From: Pseudomonadota bacterium
Lineage (GTDB): Bacteria > Myxococcota_A > UBA9042
Direction: 5' to 3'
Length of the DNA stretch: 64,000 bases
NCBI GenBank assembly: GCA_005792545.1
Contig: SXRM01000383.1
Location: 10,562 to 74,561, forward strand
The notes beneath the pieces are model-generated. The model ran no database searches and was not told the origin of the DNA. It saw only the letters and a program-made list of their open reading frames with translations. Shown here in pieces: positions 1 through 9,456 of this stretch. Each line of letters begins with the position of its first letter. Position 1 is the stretch's first letter. A program made the translations under genes and the position numbers.

Positions 1-1037
1 CCGTCGGGTCCGGGGTCGTAGCCTTCGGCGCGCAGCCGCGCCCGAATCGCCGGGACCAGCGGGTTGGTCTCGCCTTTCTTGAGTTGCTTGGCGGCGAGCT
101 TGGGCAACGGCTGCCAGCCGCCCGCCGCGACCAGACCCTGGTAGGTGTCGTAGGCGCCCAGCAATAGAGCGTACTGGCTGTGCGTGGGCTGCCGGCTGCG
201 CAGTTCGTCGCCCAAGCGTCCGGCGCTGCCTTGGACGAATTTCACCAGTTCATCTGCGTATTTGTCGGCCATGCGTTTGATCTCGGCCGGGGCGGTGTAC
301 TTCTGCGGGTGCGCCGGCAGACCGTAAGTGGTGTCGATGGCATAGCGCAGCGTTGCGCGCAGCAGTTCGACTTCGGCGTGCACGATCGCCAGGCGACTCG
401 CCATGGCGGTCCGGGTCAGCTCGGGGATGGCGCGGTCCAGCGCCTGCAGACCGGCTTTGCCCAGTTGATCGCCGCCCTTGCGCGCCAGCTCGACGGCGCT
501 GCCTTCGCCGCCGCGCAGCCACAGGCCAGCGGCAGCGGCCACCAGCGCGGCTCGCGGTTGCCGTTCCAGCGACAGCCACACGGTGCGCTCGGCCTGCAGC
601 GCCGTCGTCACGGCGAGCGTCGCCTCGTCGATGGCCTTGAAGCGGTAGCCAGCCTTGTCCATGCCGTGGCGGTCCAGTTGCTGCAACGCGGCCAGCAGCT
701 GCTGGCCGTCGGCGGTCACGGCGCCAGCGCGATCGAGCATGCGCAGCGTGCCCGATCCGAGCAGCGCCTTGCACGCCTTGGCGTCGGAGCCGGCGGCCTT
801 GAGCTCCTTTTGCAGGGCCGCGGCTTCGGCGGCCTGCGCGGCCTTGGCGGCTTCGGCCAGCCGCGCGGTCAGCTCCGCCCAGGTGGGCACTCGCAGCGGC
901 GCAGCGGTTGGCGCGGCGCTGGCAGTCGGCGCTTCGCCGGCTTGGGCAGGCTCCTGCGGGCGCTGGGGGTCGGGGGTGCCGTCGCAGCCCAGCATGAGCA
1001 GCAGGCCGCACAGCAGGGTTGGGACGCGAATTGCCAT
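1..1037 (-). CDS. L,D-transpeptidase / peptidoglycan-binding family lipoprotein, N-terminal part (gene runs off the left edge)
   Basis: Absent from the ORF track because it has no stop inside the window. The reverse complement from the ATG at 1037 reads MAIRVPTLLCGLLLMLGCDG... (lipobox), later ...HSQYALLLGAYDTYQGLVAAGGWQPLPKLAAKQLKKGETNPLVPAIRARLRAEGYDPG. I associate this pattern with YcbB/LdtD-type scaffold plus PG-binding regions. Confidence 0.55.
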   Translation of the reverse strand, partial: MAIRVPTLLCGLLLMLGCDGTPDPQRPQEPAQAGEAPTASAAPTAAPLRVPTWAELTARLAEAAKAAQAAEAAALQKELKAAGSDAKACKALLGSGTLRMLDRAGAVTADGQQLLAALQQLDRHGMDKAGYRFKAIDEATLAVTTALQAERTVWLSLERQPRAALVAAAAGLWLRGGEGSAVELARKGGDQLGKAGLQALDRAIPELTRTAMASRLAIVHAEVELLRATLRYAIDTTYGLPAHPQKYTAPAEIKRMADKYADELVKFVQGSAGRLGDELRSRQPTHSQYALLLGAYDTYQGLVAAGGWQPLPKLAAKQLKKGETNPLVPAIRARLRAEGYDPGPD

Positions 1038-1173
1038 GCGCGGCGCGCAGTGCGTTCGGTAGGTCATGGCGGGTTTTCCAGTCGCCGGGCCGGGGTTGGG
1101 GCGGCGGCGGGACGATAATCGACGCGCGGCGTTCGTCAAAAGTTCAACGCGAGCAGGCGATCGGGCGGACTTT

Positions 1174-2319
1174 TCACAAGGCGGTGGCCAGCGCTCGCCG
1201 CAGCGCGGCGGCGTCGTTGTCATCGGCAAAATCGGGCACGTACCACACCTGGGCATGAGCCGGCAGGCCGGCTGGCACCGCGGGACGACCGGCATTGGCC
1301 GCGACGGCAAAGCTGCGCGCCGACCCGGACCACCGGCGGCACAGGGGCTCCACCGACCACGCAGCCGCCATTTGCGCCGTGCGCTCCGACAATTCCACGT
1401 CGCTGCCGATCTGGGGACCGAGCGCGTGCACGGTCAGGCCATCGGGCGCGGTGTGTGCGGCGATCGGCGCCGCCAGCGCCGACTGCCAGGCTGCCGGCAG
1501 CCGCTCGCCCAAGCCGTGTAGTGCCGACAGCGCGTCGTTGACCGGAAACAACAGCCGCAGATCGCCGCTGGTCGGCGCCACCTGCACTGCCGCGGTCGAC
1601 TGCGGCAGAGCCGAGGCCCGCAGCACCGCTGAGAACGCGCCCGGGTCACTGGCCGCCACCTTGAGGTCGTGCAGCGTCCACGCCGCGCCCGGTCCCAGAC
1701 CAGCAATGACCTCGCGAATCGCCGGCAGCGCACCGCCAAAAGAAGCGCGGCCGTTCAATGTCACCGTGTGATCACAGGTCGGAAAGCGCCAGATGTTGCG
1801 CGGCCTTTGCAGGTCCACCCGCACCAGATCCAGGTCGGCCGCCGAACCCGACGACAGCGGCTGCAACAGCGCCAGGTTGGTGGCGGCGAGATCGACGCAG
1901 AGCGCCGACAGGAATTCGGCGGCGCCCATCGCCGGCGAGCGCACCAGCACCAACTCCCACGGCTGCTGCCGACCCGAGCCGACCAGCGCGTGCAGCGCCG
2001 TCGCCCACGCCAGCGACGCCGCCGGACCGCCCAGGTGCGCGCGATCGGCCGGCCAATGCGCGCTGGAATCGGCGCCATCGGGCCCCGGCAGCTCCAGGTC
2101 CAGGGCCAGGATGACTTGGCGCGGACCGTCCGCTGGCGCCGGCGGCCCCGCGGTCCGCAGGCACAGGGCATCGCCCCACGGCAGCGCGATCGCCTGCTCG
2201 CGCACGCCACAGCCGACCGCGAACAGCAGGTCGAGCAACGCAAAGCGCAGCCCGAGCGGATCGGCGTGGCGCTGGCGCAGCTTGGCCAGCGATCGCGACA
2301 GGTCGAACGGCATCGGCAA
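1174..2319 (-). CDS. hypothetical protein (381 aa)
   Basis: This is the only frame in the interval with a natural-looking composition (A/L/D/E-rich, not the R/G/P-rich junk of the other frames). No motif recognised. Confidence 0.5.
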   Translation of the reverse strand: MPMPFDLSRSLAKLRQRHADPLGLRFALLDLLFAVGCGVREQAIALPWGDALCLRTAGPPAPADGPRQVILALDLELPGPDGADSSAHWPADRAHLGGPAASLAWATALHALVGSGRQQPWELVLVRSPAMGAAEFLSALCVDLAATNLALLQPLSSGSAADLDLVRVDLQRPRNIWRFPTCDHTVTLNGRASFGGALPAIREVIAGLGPGAAWTLHDLKVAASDPGAFSAVLRASALPQSTAAVQVAPTSGDLRLLFPVNDALSALHGLGERLPAAWQSALAAPIAAHTAPDGLTVHALGPQIGSDVELSERTAQMAAAWSVEPLCRRWSGSARSFAVAANAGRPAVPAGLPAHAQVWYVPDFADDNDAAALRRALATAL

Positions 2320-2570
2320 GGTCCGCGGCGCGCGGCGGCGCGAATAGGCCGTTTAGGCTTGCAGGGATCGCTGAATTTGGCAACGGTGGCGGTGGTGGCC
2401 TTTGTGCACCCGCCGCGTTGACCGAATCGCCACCGGCTGCTACATTTCCGCGTCCTTGCGCTGGGTTGCGCGATCTGCCCGGCCAGTTTGTCAAGCGATT
2501 TCGCACTGTTGCGCTTGTGGCCCGTGATCACCGCGGCCGCCGTGGCCTTTGCCGTCGCGCCTGGAATTCG

Positions 2571-3020
2571 ATGCTGTCACCCTTTGCGTCTGTCTTGAAC
2601 CTGGCCCTGCACGCGCAGGCGGCCGTCCTGCCGATCCTGGCGCAAGCCGATCCGCTGGCCGGCGGCGGCGCTCCTGCTGCAGCCGGTGAACCCGCCGCGG
2701 CGGTGGCGCCAGCGGGCGCCGGAGCCAACGGCGGCGCCTGGATCTCGTGGGCGATGATGCTGGGTGTGTTCGCGATCTTCTACTTCATGATCCTGCGACC
2801 CCAGCAGAAGAAAGCCAACCAGCACAAGACGTTCCTGGATGCGCTGCAGCCGGACGCCACCGTGGTCACCTCGGGCGGCATCTACGGCAAGGTGGTGTCG
2901 ATCCAGGATCAGATCGTGACCGTCGAGATCGCCGACCGCGTGCGCATCCGCGTGCACAAGAGTCACGTCGCCGGATCGGCTGCCAACGCCGCCGATGCGC
3001 TAGCCGCCCAACAGAAATAA
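2571..3020 (+). CDS. yajC: preprotein translocase subunit YajC
   Basis: ...MMLGVFAIFYFMILRPQQKKANQHKTFLDALQPDATVVTSGGIYGKVVSIQDQIVTVEI matches the YajC TM plus 'ILRPQQKR' core. The in-frame ATG at 2571 is preferred over the 2418 extension. The gene lies directly upstream of secD/secF. Confidence 0.85.
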   Translation: MLSPFASVLNLALHAQAAVLPILAQADPLAGGGAPAAAGEPAAAVAPAGAGANGGAWISWAMMLGVFAIFYFMILRPQQKKANQHKTFLDALQPDATVVTSGGIYGKVVSIQDQIVTVEIADRVRIRVHKSHVAGSAANAADALAAQQK

Positions 3021-3072
3021 CCCGATCGTCTGCCGCGGCCCGATCGGCCGCCGCCCCGCAGCTGGGAGACCC

Positions 3073-4890
3073 ATGGAATCGAAACGCAATTGGAAAGCCT
3101 GGTGGGTATTCGGCCTGTTGGCCTTGGCCATCTTGCAGCTGCTGCCGACCTTTTTGGGCGACAAGCTGCCGACCTTTTACACCGACATCTTTGAGAAGCG
3201 CCTGAGCTACGGCTTGGACCTCAAGGGTGGCCTGGAGCTGCGCTACGCCGTGGACTACAAGAAAGCCATCGGCGACAACACCAATCGCTTGCGCGACTCA
3301 GTGGCCGATCGCCTGGGCGACGCCTACGCCAAGAAGCAGGGCAAGGACTGGAACACGCTGGGCGAAGGCGAGCGCAAGACCATCGGCGAGCGTTGGACCG
3401 CCACCCGCACGGCGTTCAATACCCTTAAGATCGAGTTCAAGACGCCCGCCGACAAAGAGCTGCTGACCAGCGACCTGGTCAACACCGTCGACTCGCGCTT
3501 CGGGCTGCACGGCCAGGGCGACAACGCCAAGATCCTGGTCATGCCCGACAAGGCCGTCCAGGAGCTCAAGAAAGAAATCGTCGAGCAGACGCTGACCGTC
3601 ATCCGCAAGCGCGTCGATGCCTTTGGCCTCGTCGAACCGGATGTGCGCCAGTCCGGCGAAGCCGACATCGACCTGCAGCTGCCCGGTCTGGCCGACCGCC
3701 AGATGCGCATGGTGCGCGAGCGCATTGGTCAGGCCGCCCAGCTGACGTTTCGACCGGTCAAGACCGACGCCAAGGTGTTCGACGACAAGGCCGAGGCGGT
3801 CAACAGCTTCAAGGCGGTCGCCGACAACAAGGCACCGACGCTACAGCACGTGCCCGCGGGCAACGGCGCCTACGTCCGCGCCGACCAAAAGTCCGAACTC
3901 ATTCGCTTCGTCAAGACGGTGACGGTGCCCGACGACGTGCTCATCGGCTACGAGCAGGTCCAAGAGCGCGACCCGATGACCACCAAAGTCAAGACGAGCT
4001 ACTGGCGCACCTACAACCTGGAAAGCAAGACCGAGCTGACCGGCGACGACCTGACCCACGCAAACGTCGGCTACGAGAGCCAGGGCCGCTCGGATCCGGT
4101 GGTGTTCTTGGAGTTCAACGCCCGCGGCGCCAAGATCTTTGGCGACATGACCGAAAAGCACGTCAAGAACCAGGTGGCGATCCTGCTGGACGACGATGTC
4201 AGTTCTGCACCCACCATCAACGAGAAGATCCCCAACGGCCGCGCGCGCATTACGCTTGGCCGCGGCAGCTCGCCGCAGCTGATGATGGAAGAGGCCAAGA
4301 GCCTGGTCACGGTGCTGAACAACGGCGCCTACAAGGCCCCAGTCATCAAGGTCCACGACATCGAAGTCGGCCCGTCGCTCGGTGCGGACGCAGTCCAGGG
4401 CGGCCTGGTGTCGATGGCCGTCGGCGTGCTGCTGGTGGTCGCGTTCATGATCGTCTACTACCGCCAGGGCGGCTGGATCGCGGACGCGGCGCTGGTGCTG
4501 AACCTCATACTGCAGCTGGCGTGCTTGGTGTGGTTCAACGCCGCGCTGACGCTGCCGGGCATGGCGGGACTGACGCTGACGACCGCGATGGCCGTCGATG
4601 CCAACATCTTGATTTTCGAACGCATCCGCGAAGAGCTGCGGGCGGGCCGCAGCGTGCGCAACGCGCTGGATCTCGGCTACGGCCGGGCGTTCTGGACCAT
4701 CTTTGACTCGCACATCACCGCCGGCATGGCCGGCGCGGTGCTGATGGTCTATTCGTCAGGCCCAATTTACGGTTTCGCGGTGACGCTGCTGGTTGGCATC
4801 GGCACTTCGATGTTCACCTCCATCGTGGCCACCCGGCTGGTCTACGACTGGATGAGCGAGCGCGGCAAGCTCGAAGAACTGTCCGTCTAG
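3073..4890 (+). CDS. secD: protein translocase subunit SecD
   Basis: 605 aa with an N-terminal TM, a large periplasmic domain and a C-terminal 5-TM SecD/F block (…LTLPGMAGLTLTTAMAVDANILIFERIREE…). Synteny is yajC-secD-secF. Confidence 0.95.
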   Translation: MESKRNWKAWWVFGLLALAILQLLPTFLGDKLPTFYTDIFEKRLSYGLDLKGGLELRYAVDYKKAIGDNTNRLRDSVADRLGDAYAKKQGKDWNTLGEGERKTIGERWTATRTAFNTLKIEFKTPADKELLTSDLVNTVDSRFGLHGQGDNAKILVMPDKAVQELKKEIVEQTLTVIRKRVDAFGLVEPDVRQSGEADIDLQLPGLADRQMRMVRERIGQAAQLTFRPVKTDAKVFDDKAEAVNSFKAVADNKAPTLQHVPAGNGAYVRADQKSELIRFVKTVTVPDDVLIGYEQVQERDPMTTKVKTSYWRTYNLESKTELTGDDLTHANVGYESQGRSDPVVFLEFNARGAKIFGDMTEKHVKNQVAILLDDDVSSAPTINEKIPNGRARITLGRGSSPQLMMEEAKSLVTVLNNGAYKAPVIKVHDIEVGPSLGADAVQGGLVSMAVGVLLVVAFMIVYYRQGGWIADAALVLNLILQLACLVWFNAALTLPGMAGLTLTTAMAVDANILIFERIREELRAGRSVRNALDLGYGRAFWTIFDSHITAGMAGAVLMVYSSGPIYGFAVTLLVGIGTSMFTSIVATRLVYDWMSERGKLEELSV

Positions 4891-4944
4891 TCACGCCCCG
4901 GCCTGGACCCTGTCCCGCACCGCGCAACCGCTCGCAAGGTCACC

Positions 4945-6327
4945 ATGAGCACCGAACACAAGCACTTTACGCTGTTCAACCCCGACGCCAACTACGACTT
5001 CGTGGGTCGGCGCCAGCTGTACTACGCGCTGACCGGCATCGGTATCCTGGCGTCGATCATCGCGCTGGCGACCCTTGGCTTCAACAAGGGCATCGACTTC
5101 AAGGGCGGCAGCAAGCTCATCGTCGCGTTTGACGGCGCGGCCACTGTCGATCGCCATGCGGTGCACGACGCCGTCGCGGGGACCATCCAGCAGGCCACCG
5201 GCAAGAAAGACGTCGGCCAGGTCGAAGTGCAGGACTTCTCGACCGGCGCTGGCACTGGCGGCGGCAAGAAGCACTTTAGCGTGGTCACCGAGCTCACCTC
5301 GATGGTCACCGCTGAGAAGCGCACCGTGCTCACCGCTAAGCTCAAGGAGAAATTCCCCAAGGCCGACGTGCAGTGGGCGGCCGAAGGCGAGGACCGCGTG
5401 TTCCTGACGCTGGCCGATCCCGTCAAGGTGGCGCCGACCTACGAGACGCTGCGGGCGGTGTTCAACGAGGCCGGCTTCCCCAAGGTCGGCACCGGCTCGG
5501 ACGCGGAAAGCCAGCTCGACGTCAACCTGTTCCGGACCTTGCAGATGCTGCAGACCGAGACCAAGCAGGAAGCCGAGGTCAAAGCCGAAGAGGCCAAGCT
5601 GCGCGAGCAGAAGGCCAAGGAACTGACTGACCGCGCCGACAGCCGCTTTACCGTGGTCGTCGAGGAGTTCAAAGGCAAGATCGAGACCGGCCTGCAGGCC
5701 AAGTTTGGCAAGGGCTTTATCGGCGTCGAATCGAGCACTGCCATCTCGCCGTCGGTCGCCGATGATCTGATGAGCCAGGGTCTGGTGGCGATTCTGTACG
5801 CGATTGTCGGCATCATCCTGTACATCGTGATGCGCTTTGACGTCCGCTACGCCCCGGGGGCGCTGATTGCGCTGATTCACGACGTGGTGCTGGTCATCGG
5901 CGCTTTCTCGGTGGCGCAGGTCAAGTTCTCGATGCCGGTCATCGCCGCGGTGCTCACGGTCGCTGGCTATTCGATCACCGACACCATCGTGGTGTTCGAC
6001 CGGATCCGCGAGATGCAGGAGCGCCACGAGGGCGCCCCCATCGACGTCATCATCAACTCGGCGATCAACACCACCATGAGTCGGACGGTGCTGACGTCGT
6101 TGACGACCTTTATGACCTCGGTGTCGATTTTCTTGTTCGGCGGCGGGCTCATCCGCGACTTCGCGTTCGCGATGTGCATTGGCGTGGTGGTCGGTACCTT
6201 CAGTTCGATTTTCGTGGCGAGCCCCGTGTTCATGTGGCTGCACGAGCGTTTTGAGGCCCGCAAGGCCGCGATGGCCAAGGCCGGCGACAACCGCGCCCCG
6301 ATCCAGATCGCCCCAGCGCAGGGCTAG
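4945..6327 (+). CDS. secF: protein translocase subunit SecF (enlarged periplasmic domain)
   Basis: C-terminal block …ALIHDVVLVIGAFSV…VLTVAGYSITDTIVVFDRIRE… is typical SecF. The gene follows secD. Confidence 0.93.
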   Translation: MSTEHKHFTLFNPDANYDFVGRRQLYYALTGIGILASIIALATLGFNKGIDFKGGSKLIVAFDGAATVDRHAVHDAVAGTIQQATGKKDVGQVEVQDFSTGAGTGGGKKHFSVVTELTSMVTAEKRTVLTAKLKEKFPKADVQWAAEGEDRVFLTLADPVKVAPTYETLRAVFNEAGFPKVGTGSDAESQLDVNLFRTLQMLQTETKQEAEVKAEEAKLREQKAKELTDRADSRFTVVVEEFKGKIETGLQAKFGKGFIGVESSTAISPSVADDLMSQGLVAILYAIVGIILYIVMRFDVRYAPGALIALIHDVVLVIGAFSVAQVKFSMPVIAAVLTVAGYSITDTIVVFDRIREMQERHEGAPIDVIINSAINTTMSRTVLTSLTTFMTSVSIFLFGGGLIRDFAFAMCIGVVVGTFSSIFVASPVFMWLHERFEARKAAMAKAGDNRAPIQIAPAQG

Positions 6328-6428
6328 TCAGCGCCCCGTCCGGCACAACCGCCAGCGGCTGTCGTATGCGCCGCCGCGATCGCCGATAACCGTCGACAGC
6401 CGATCGCCAAGGTGGTCCAATCGGTGCC

Positions 6429-8159
6429 ATGCACGCCACCTGGACGCTACGCGAACCTGACTCTGCCCACTACGACAGCCTGCGCGCGGCCGGTCACGAC
6501 ACGCTGATTGCCCGTTTGCTGGCGCTGCGCGGCCTGCACGACCCCGCGAGCGCGCAGGCTTTTTTGACCCCGCAGCTGCGCGACCTGCCCGACCCGTACC
6601 AGTTGGCCGACTGCCAGGCCGCGGCCGAGCTGCTAGTGCGCGCAGTTCGCTCCGACTGGTCGATCTGCGTCTACGGGGACTACGACGTCGATGGTATCTC
6701 GGCGGCGGCGCTGTTGCACGATGTGCTGACCATGGCCGGCGGCCGGCCGCGGGTGTTCCTGCCCGACCGCATGCGCGACGGCTATGGCCTGCGGCTAGAG
6801 CGGCTGCACGAGCTCGCCGACCAGGGCGTAAAGCTGTTCATCTCGGCAGACTGTGGCAGCACGGCGGTCGCCGAAGTGGCGGCGATGCGAGCGCGCGGCA
6901 TTGACTTTGTGATCTGTGACCACCACGCGCTGGGGCCGTCGCTGCCGCCAGCGACCTGCCACCTCAACCCGCGCCGACCCGATTGTGGCTACCCGGACAA
7001 GAACCTGTGCGCGGTGGGTGTGGCATTCGTGCTGGCGCAGGCGTTCCGGCGCGCAGCTGTGCACGCGGACCTGTGTCCAGCCGAGGCCTTTGACCTGCGA
7101 TCGGTCATCGAACTGGCGGCGCTCGGCACCATCGCCGACGTGGTGGAGTTGAAGCACGTCAACCGCACGCTGGCCTGGCATGGGCTGCGCGCGCTCGGGG
7201 TGTCGGCGCGACCGGGACTGCGGGCGCTGGTGCGGCATCTGCCCGTCGGCGGCGTCGACGCCCAGAGGGTCGGTTTCGTGGTGGGTCCCAAGATCAATGC
7301 CGCCGGGCGGGTGGCGGAGCCGCGCACCGCGTTCGACGTGCTGACCGTGCGCGACGCCGACACCGCCGAGATGCTGGCCGTGCAACTCGACGTCGAGAAC
7401 AACCGCCGCAAGGCGCTGACCGACACCATGGTGGCAGAGGCGATGGAACTGGCGCGCGCGACCCCGGTGGCTGGCGCAGTGGTGGTTGGCCAGCACGGCT
7501 GGCATCCGGGCGTGGTCGGCATCGTGGCGGCGCGGTTGGTCGAGACCTTTCACATGCCGGCCTTTGCGATCGCAGTCGATGACAGCGGGACCGCGCGCGG
7601 TTCGGGGCGATCGGTGCCCGGCTACGATCTGGTTGGCGCTCTGCGCGAGTCGGGTTCGGATCTGCTGGACCGGTTTGGTGGCCACGCTTTTGCGGCCGGC
7701 ATCACCTTGCCGAGCGACGCGATCGACGCGCTGCGCCAACGCCTGAGCGAACATGCGGCCCAAAGGCTCGGTGCCACGCCGGCCACGCGCAACTTTGAGG
7801 TCGACGCCGAACTCTCGCCCGCCGACTGCGACCTGGCGCTGCTTGACCGCCTGGAGCGCCTGGAGCCGTTTGGCCGCGGCAACGAGGCACCGCGGTTCCT
7901 GCTGCGCAATGTCGAGGTGCGCGACCTGCAGGAGATCGGCAAGACCGGCGGCTGGGGGTCGGCGCGGCTGCATGTGCGCGGCGCCGGCAGCGCCCATTTT
8001 GCCCGCCCTGCGGTCAAGGCATTTGGTGCATGGCGCCTTTGGCAGGGCCGCAGCAACGGCGAACCGGTGGACGTTGTCTGCAAACTGCAGCGCAACAGCT
8101 ACAAGGGCAGCGTCTCGGTACAGGCGGTGGTCGATCTGGTGGCACCGGCGGCGTCGTGA
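6429..8159 (+). CDS. recJ: single-stranded-DNA-specific exonuclease RecJ
   Basis: DHH-family motifs are present (…VYGDYDVDGISAAALL…, …FVICDHHALG…, …GGHAFAAG…). Length 576 aa. Confidence 0.93.
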   Translation: MHATWTLREPDSAHYDSLRAAGHDTLIARLLALRGLHDPASAQAFLTPQLRDLPDPYQLADCQAAAELLVRAVRSDWSICVYGDYDVDGISAAALLHDVLTMAGGRPRVFLPDRMRDGYGLRLERLHELADQGVKLFISADCGSTAVAEVAAMRARGIDFVICDHHALGPSLPPATCHLNPRRPDCGYPDKNLCAVGVAFVLAQAFRRAAVHADLCPAEAFDLRSVIELAALGTIADVVELKHVNRTLAWHGLRALGVSARPGLRALVRHLPVGGVDAQRVGFVVGPKINAAGRVAEPRTAFDVLTVRDADTAEMLAVQLDVENNRRKALTDTMVAEAMELARATPVAGAVVVGQHGWHPGVVGIVAARLVETFHMPAFAIAVDDSGTARGSGRSVPGYDLVGALRESGSDLLDRFGGHAFAAGITLPSDAIDALRQRLSEHAAQRLGATPATRNFEVDAELSPADCDLALLDRLERLEPFGRGNEAPRFLLRNVEVRDLQEIGKTGGWGSARLHVRGAGSAHFARPAVKAFGAWRLWQGRSNGEPVDVVCKLQRNSYKGSVSVQAVVDLVAPAAS

Positions 8160-8899
8160 CGACTGTGCGGGCCTGCGCGGTGACAGTGGCCACGTGGATG
8201 GCCACTTCTTGGTCGCTGCCGGTGCTGGCTGCGGGCCTGCGCTACCCGGTTACCCAAGTCGCGCCCAAGTTTCGCGCATTGGCGGCTGAGCGACCGGCCT
8301 GTGTCGCTGTGGCGCGCTTGCCGGCGTTGCCACCAGAACCGGACGAGCGGGCGACGGCCGCCGAGATCACGGTACTGCTGGCGCTACAGGCGACCCGGAC
8401 GGCAGCCGATGTGGCGGCCATTCGCGCCGAAGTGGGTGATATCGTGCCGCTGTTGCTGACCCGCGCCGGGGTGCGCCCTCGCGAGGCGCCTGCAACGGTG
8501 GCGTTGCTGCGGCGGGCGCTGTTGGATCTCGACGCCACGCTGTTCCGCCACAAGTTGGCCATCTTGAGGCCGCGCCCCCATCAGCAGGACGCGCGCGTGC
8601 GGCCAGCGATTGCGGTGCCGCGCCATCCCGCTTACCCGAGCGGCCACGGCGGCGAAGCCCGCTTGATCGCACGCCTGCTGGCCGCGCTGCTGCCGGCACG
8701 CGGTGCCGATCTGCTCGCCTACGCGGCCCAGGTGGGCTGGCGTCGCGAGCAGGCGGGCGTGCACTTTGCAAGCGACACCGCGGCGGGGCGGGTGCTCGGC
8801 GATGCCGTCGCTGACTTGTACCTGTCTGGCGACGCGTGTGCGCGACACTGGGCGGATCCTGCGCGAGGCGAGTGGCCCCAAACGCCGACGAAGCCCTGA
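8156..8899 (+). CDS. PAP2-superfamily (acid phosphatase / haloperoxidase-like) protein
   Basis: PAP2 tripartite motif: KLAILRPRP … YPSGHG … REQAGVHFASD. The candidate GTG start overlaps the recJ stop (GTGA). Alternative starts are at 8165 and 8198. The 8030 extension lies inside recJ. Confidence 0.7.
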   Translation: MTTVRACAVTVATWMATSWSLPVLAAGLRYPVTQVAPKFRALAAERPACVAVARLPALPPEPDERATAAEITVLLALQATRTAADVAAIRAEVGDIVPLLLTRAGVRPREAPATVALLRRALLDLDATLFRHKLAILRPRPHQQDARVRPAIAVPRHPAYPSGHGGEARLIARLLAALLPARGADLLAYAAQVGWRREQAGVHFASDTAAGRVLGDAVADLYLSGDACARHWADPARGEWPQTPTKP

Positions 8900-9030
8900 C
8901 TGGTAGGCGGCCGTCGCGAATGGACAGGCCCGTGACAACGCCAGTGGGGCGTTTGCTGGACAGATGGTCGGCGCGGGTTACTTTGGCGCGCCCCGGCTCT
9001 CCCCCACAACTGCCGGCAACCAAGGAAAAT

Positions 9031-9444
9031 ATGAAGTCATTGCTCATGGCCCTGACCCTGCTGCTGTGCTGCGCCCTGATGGGTTGTGGCAGTGCCCAGA
9101 CCAAGGCGTCGACCGAACCCGCGGCGGCCCCTGCTGCGTCCGCCGCACCCGCGGCAGTTCCCGCCACTGCGCCGGCCCCGGCCGCTGGCGAAGTCAGGTG
9201 CCCGGTGTCGGGCGAAGGCTTCGTCCCGTCCGCCACCTCGCCGACGTCGGAGTACAACGGCAAGACCTACACGTTCTGCTGCCCGGGCTGCAAGAAGAAG
9301 TTCGATGCCGATCCGGCAAAGTTCGCGGCCAACCCGGCATCAGCCAAGGCCTCCGACGCCAAGCCGTGCGGCGACTGCGCTACGGGCAAGCCGTGTGCAG
9401 ATTGCACCGACAAGGACGGCGCCAAGAAGGCAGAAACGAAGTAG
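9031..9444 (+). CDS. YHS/TRASH-type metal-binding domain lipoprotein
   Basis: MKSLLMALTLLLCCALMGCGS lipobox preceded by AAGGA. VRCPVSGEGF…YNGKTYTFCCPGCKKKFDADPAKF is the YHS-domain pattern. The C-terminal tail is Cys/Asp-rich. Confidence 0.7.
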   Translation: MKSLLMALTLLLCCALMGCGSAQTKASTEPAAAPAASAAPAAVPATAPAPAAGEVRCPVSGEGFVPSATSPTSEYNGKTYTFCCPGCKKKFDADPAKFAANPASAKASDAKPCGDCATGKPCADCTDKDGAKKAETK

Positions 9445-9456
9445 CTGAGTTCCTGC

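Noticed and set aside
180-1118. ORFs 180..1118 (+), 250..1011 (-) and 655..1062 (+)
   Set aside because: Their composition is R/G/A/P junk. The third minus-strand frame, not listed in the track because it is open at the window edge, encodes a coherent lipoprotein with recognisable motifs.
4891-6243. 450-aa ORF antisense to secF, and 3841..4713 antisense to secD
   Set aside because: They lie opposite unmistakable SecD/SecF coding sequence and have H/R/D/G-rich nonsense composition.
6795-7997. 400-aa ORF antisense to recJ
   Set aside because: It lies opposite a gene with clear DHH motifs and has junk composition.
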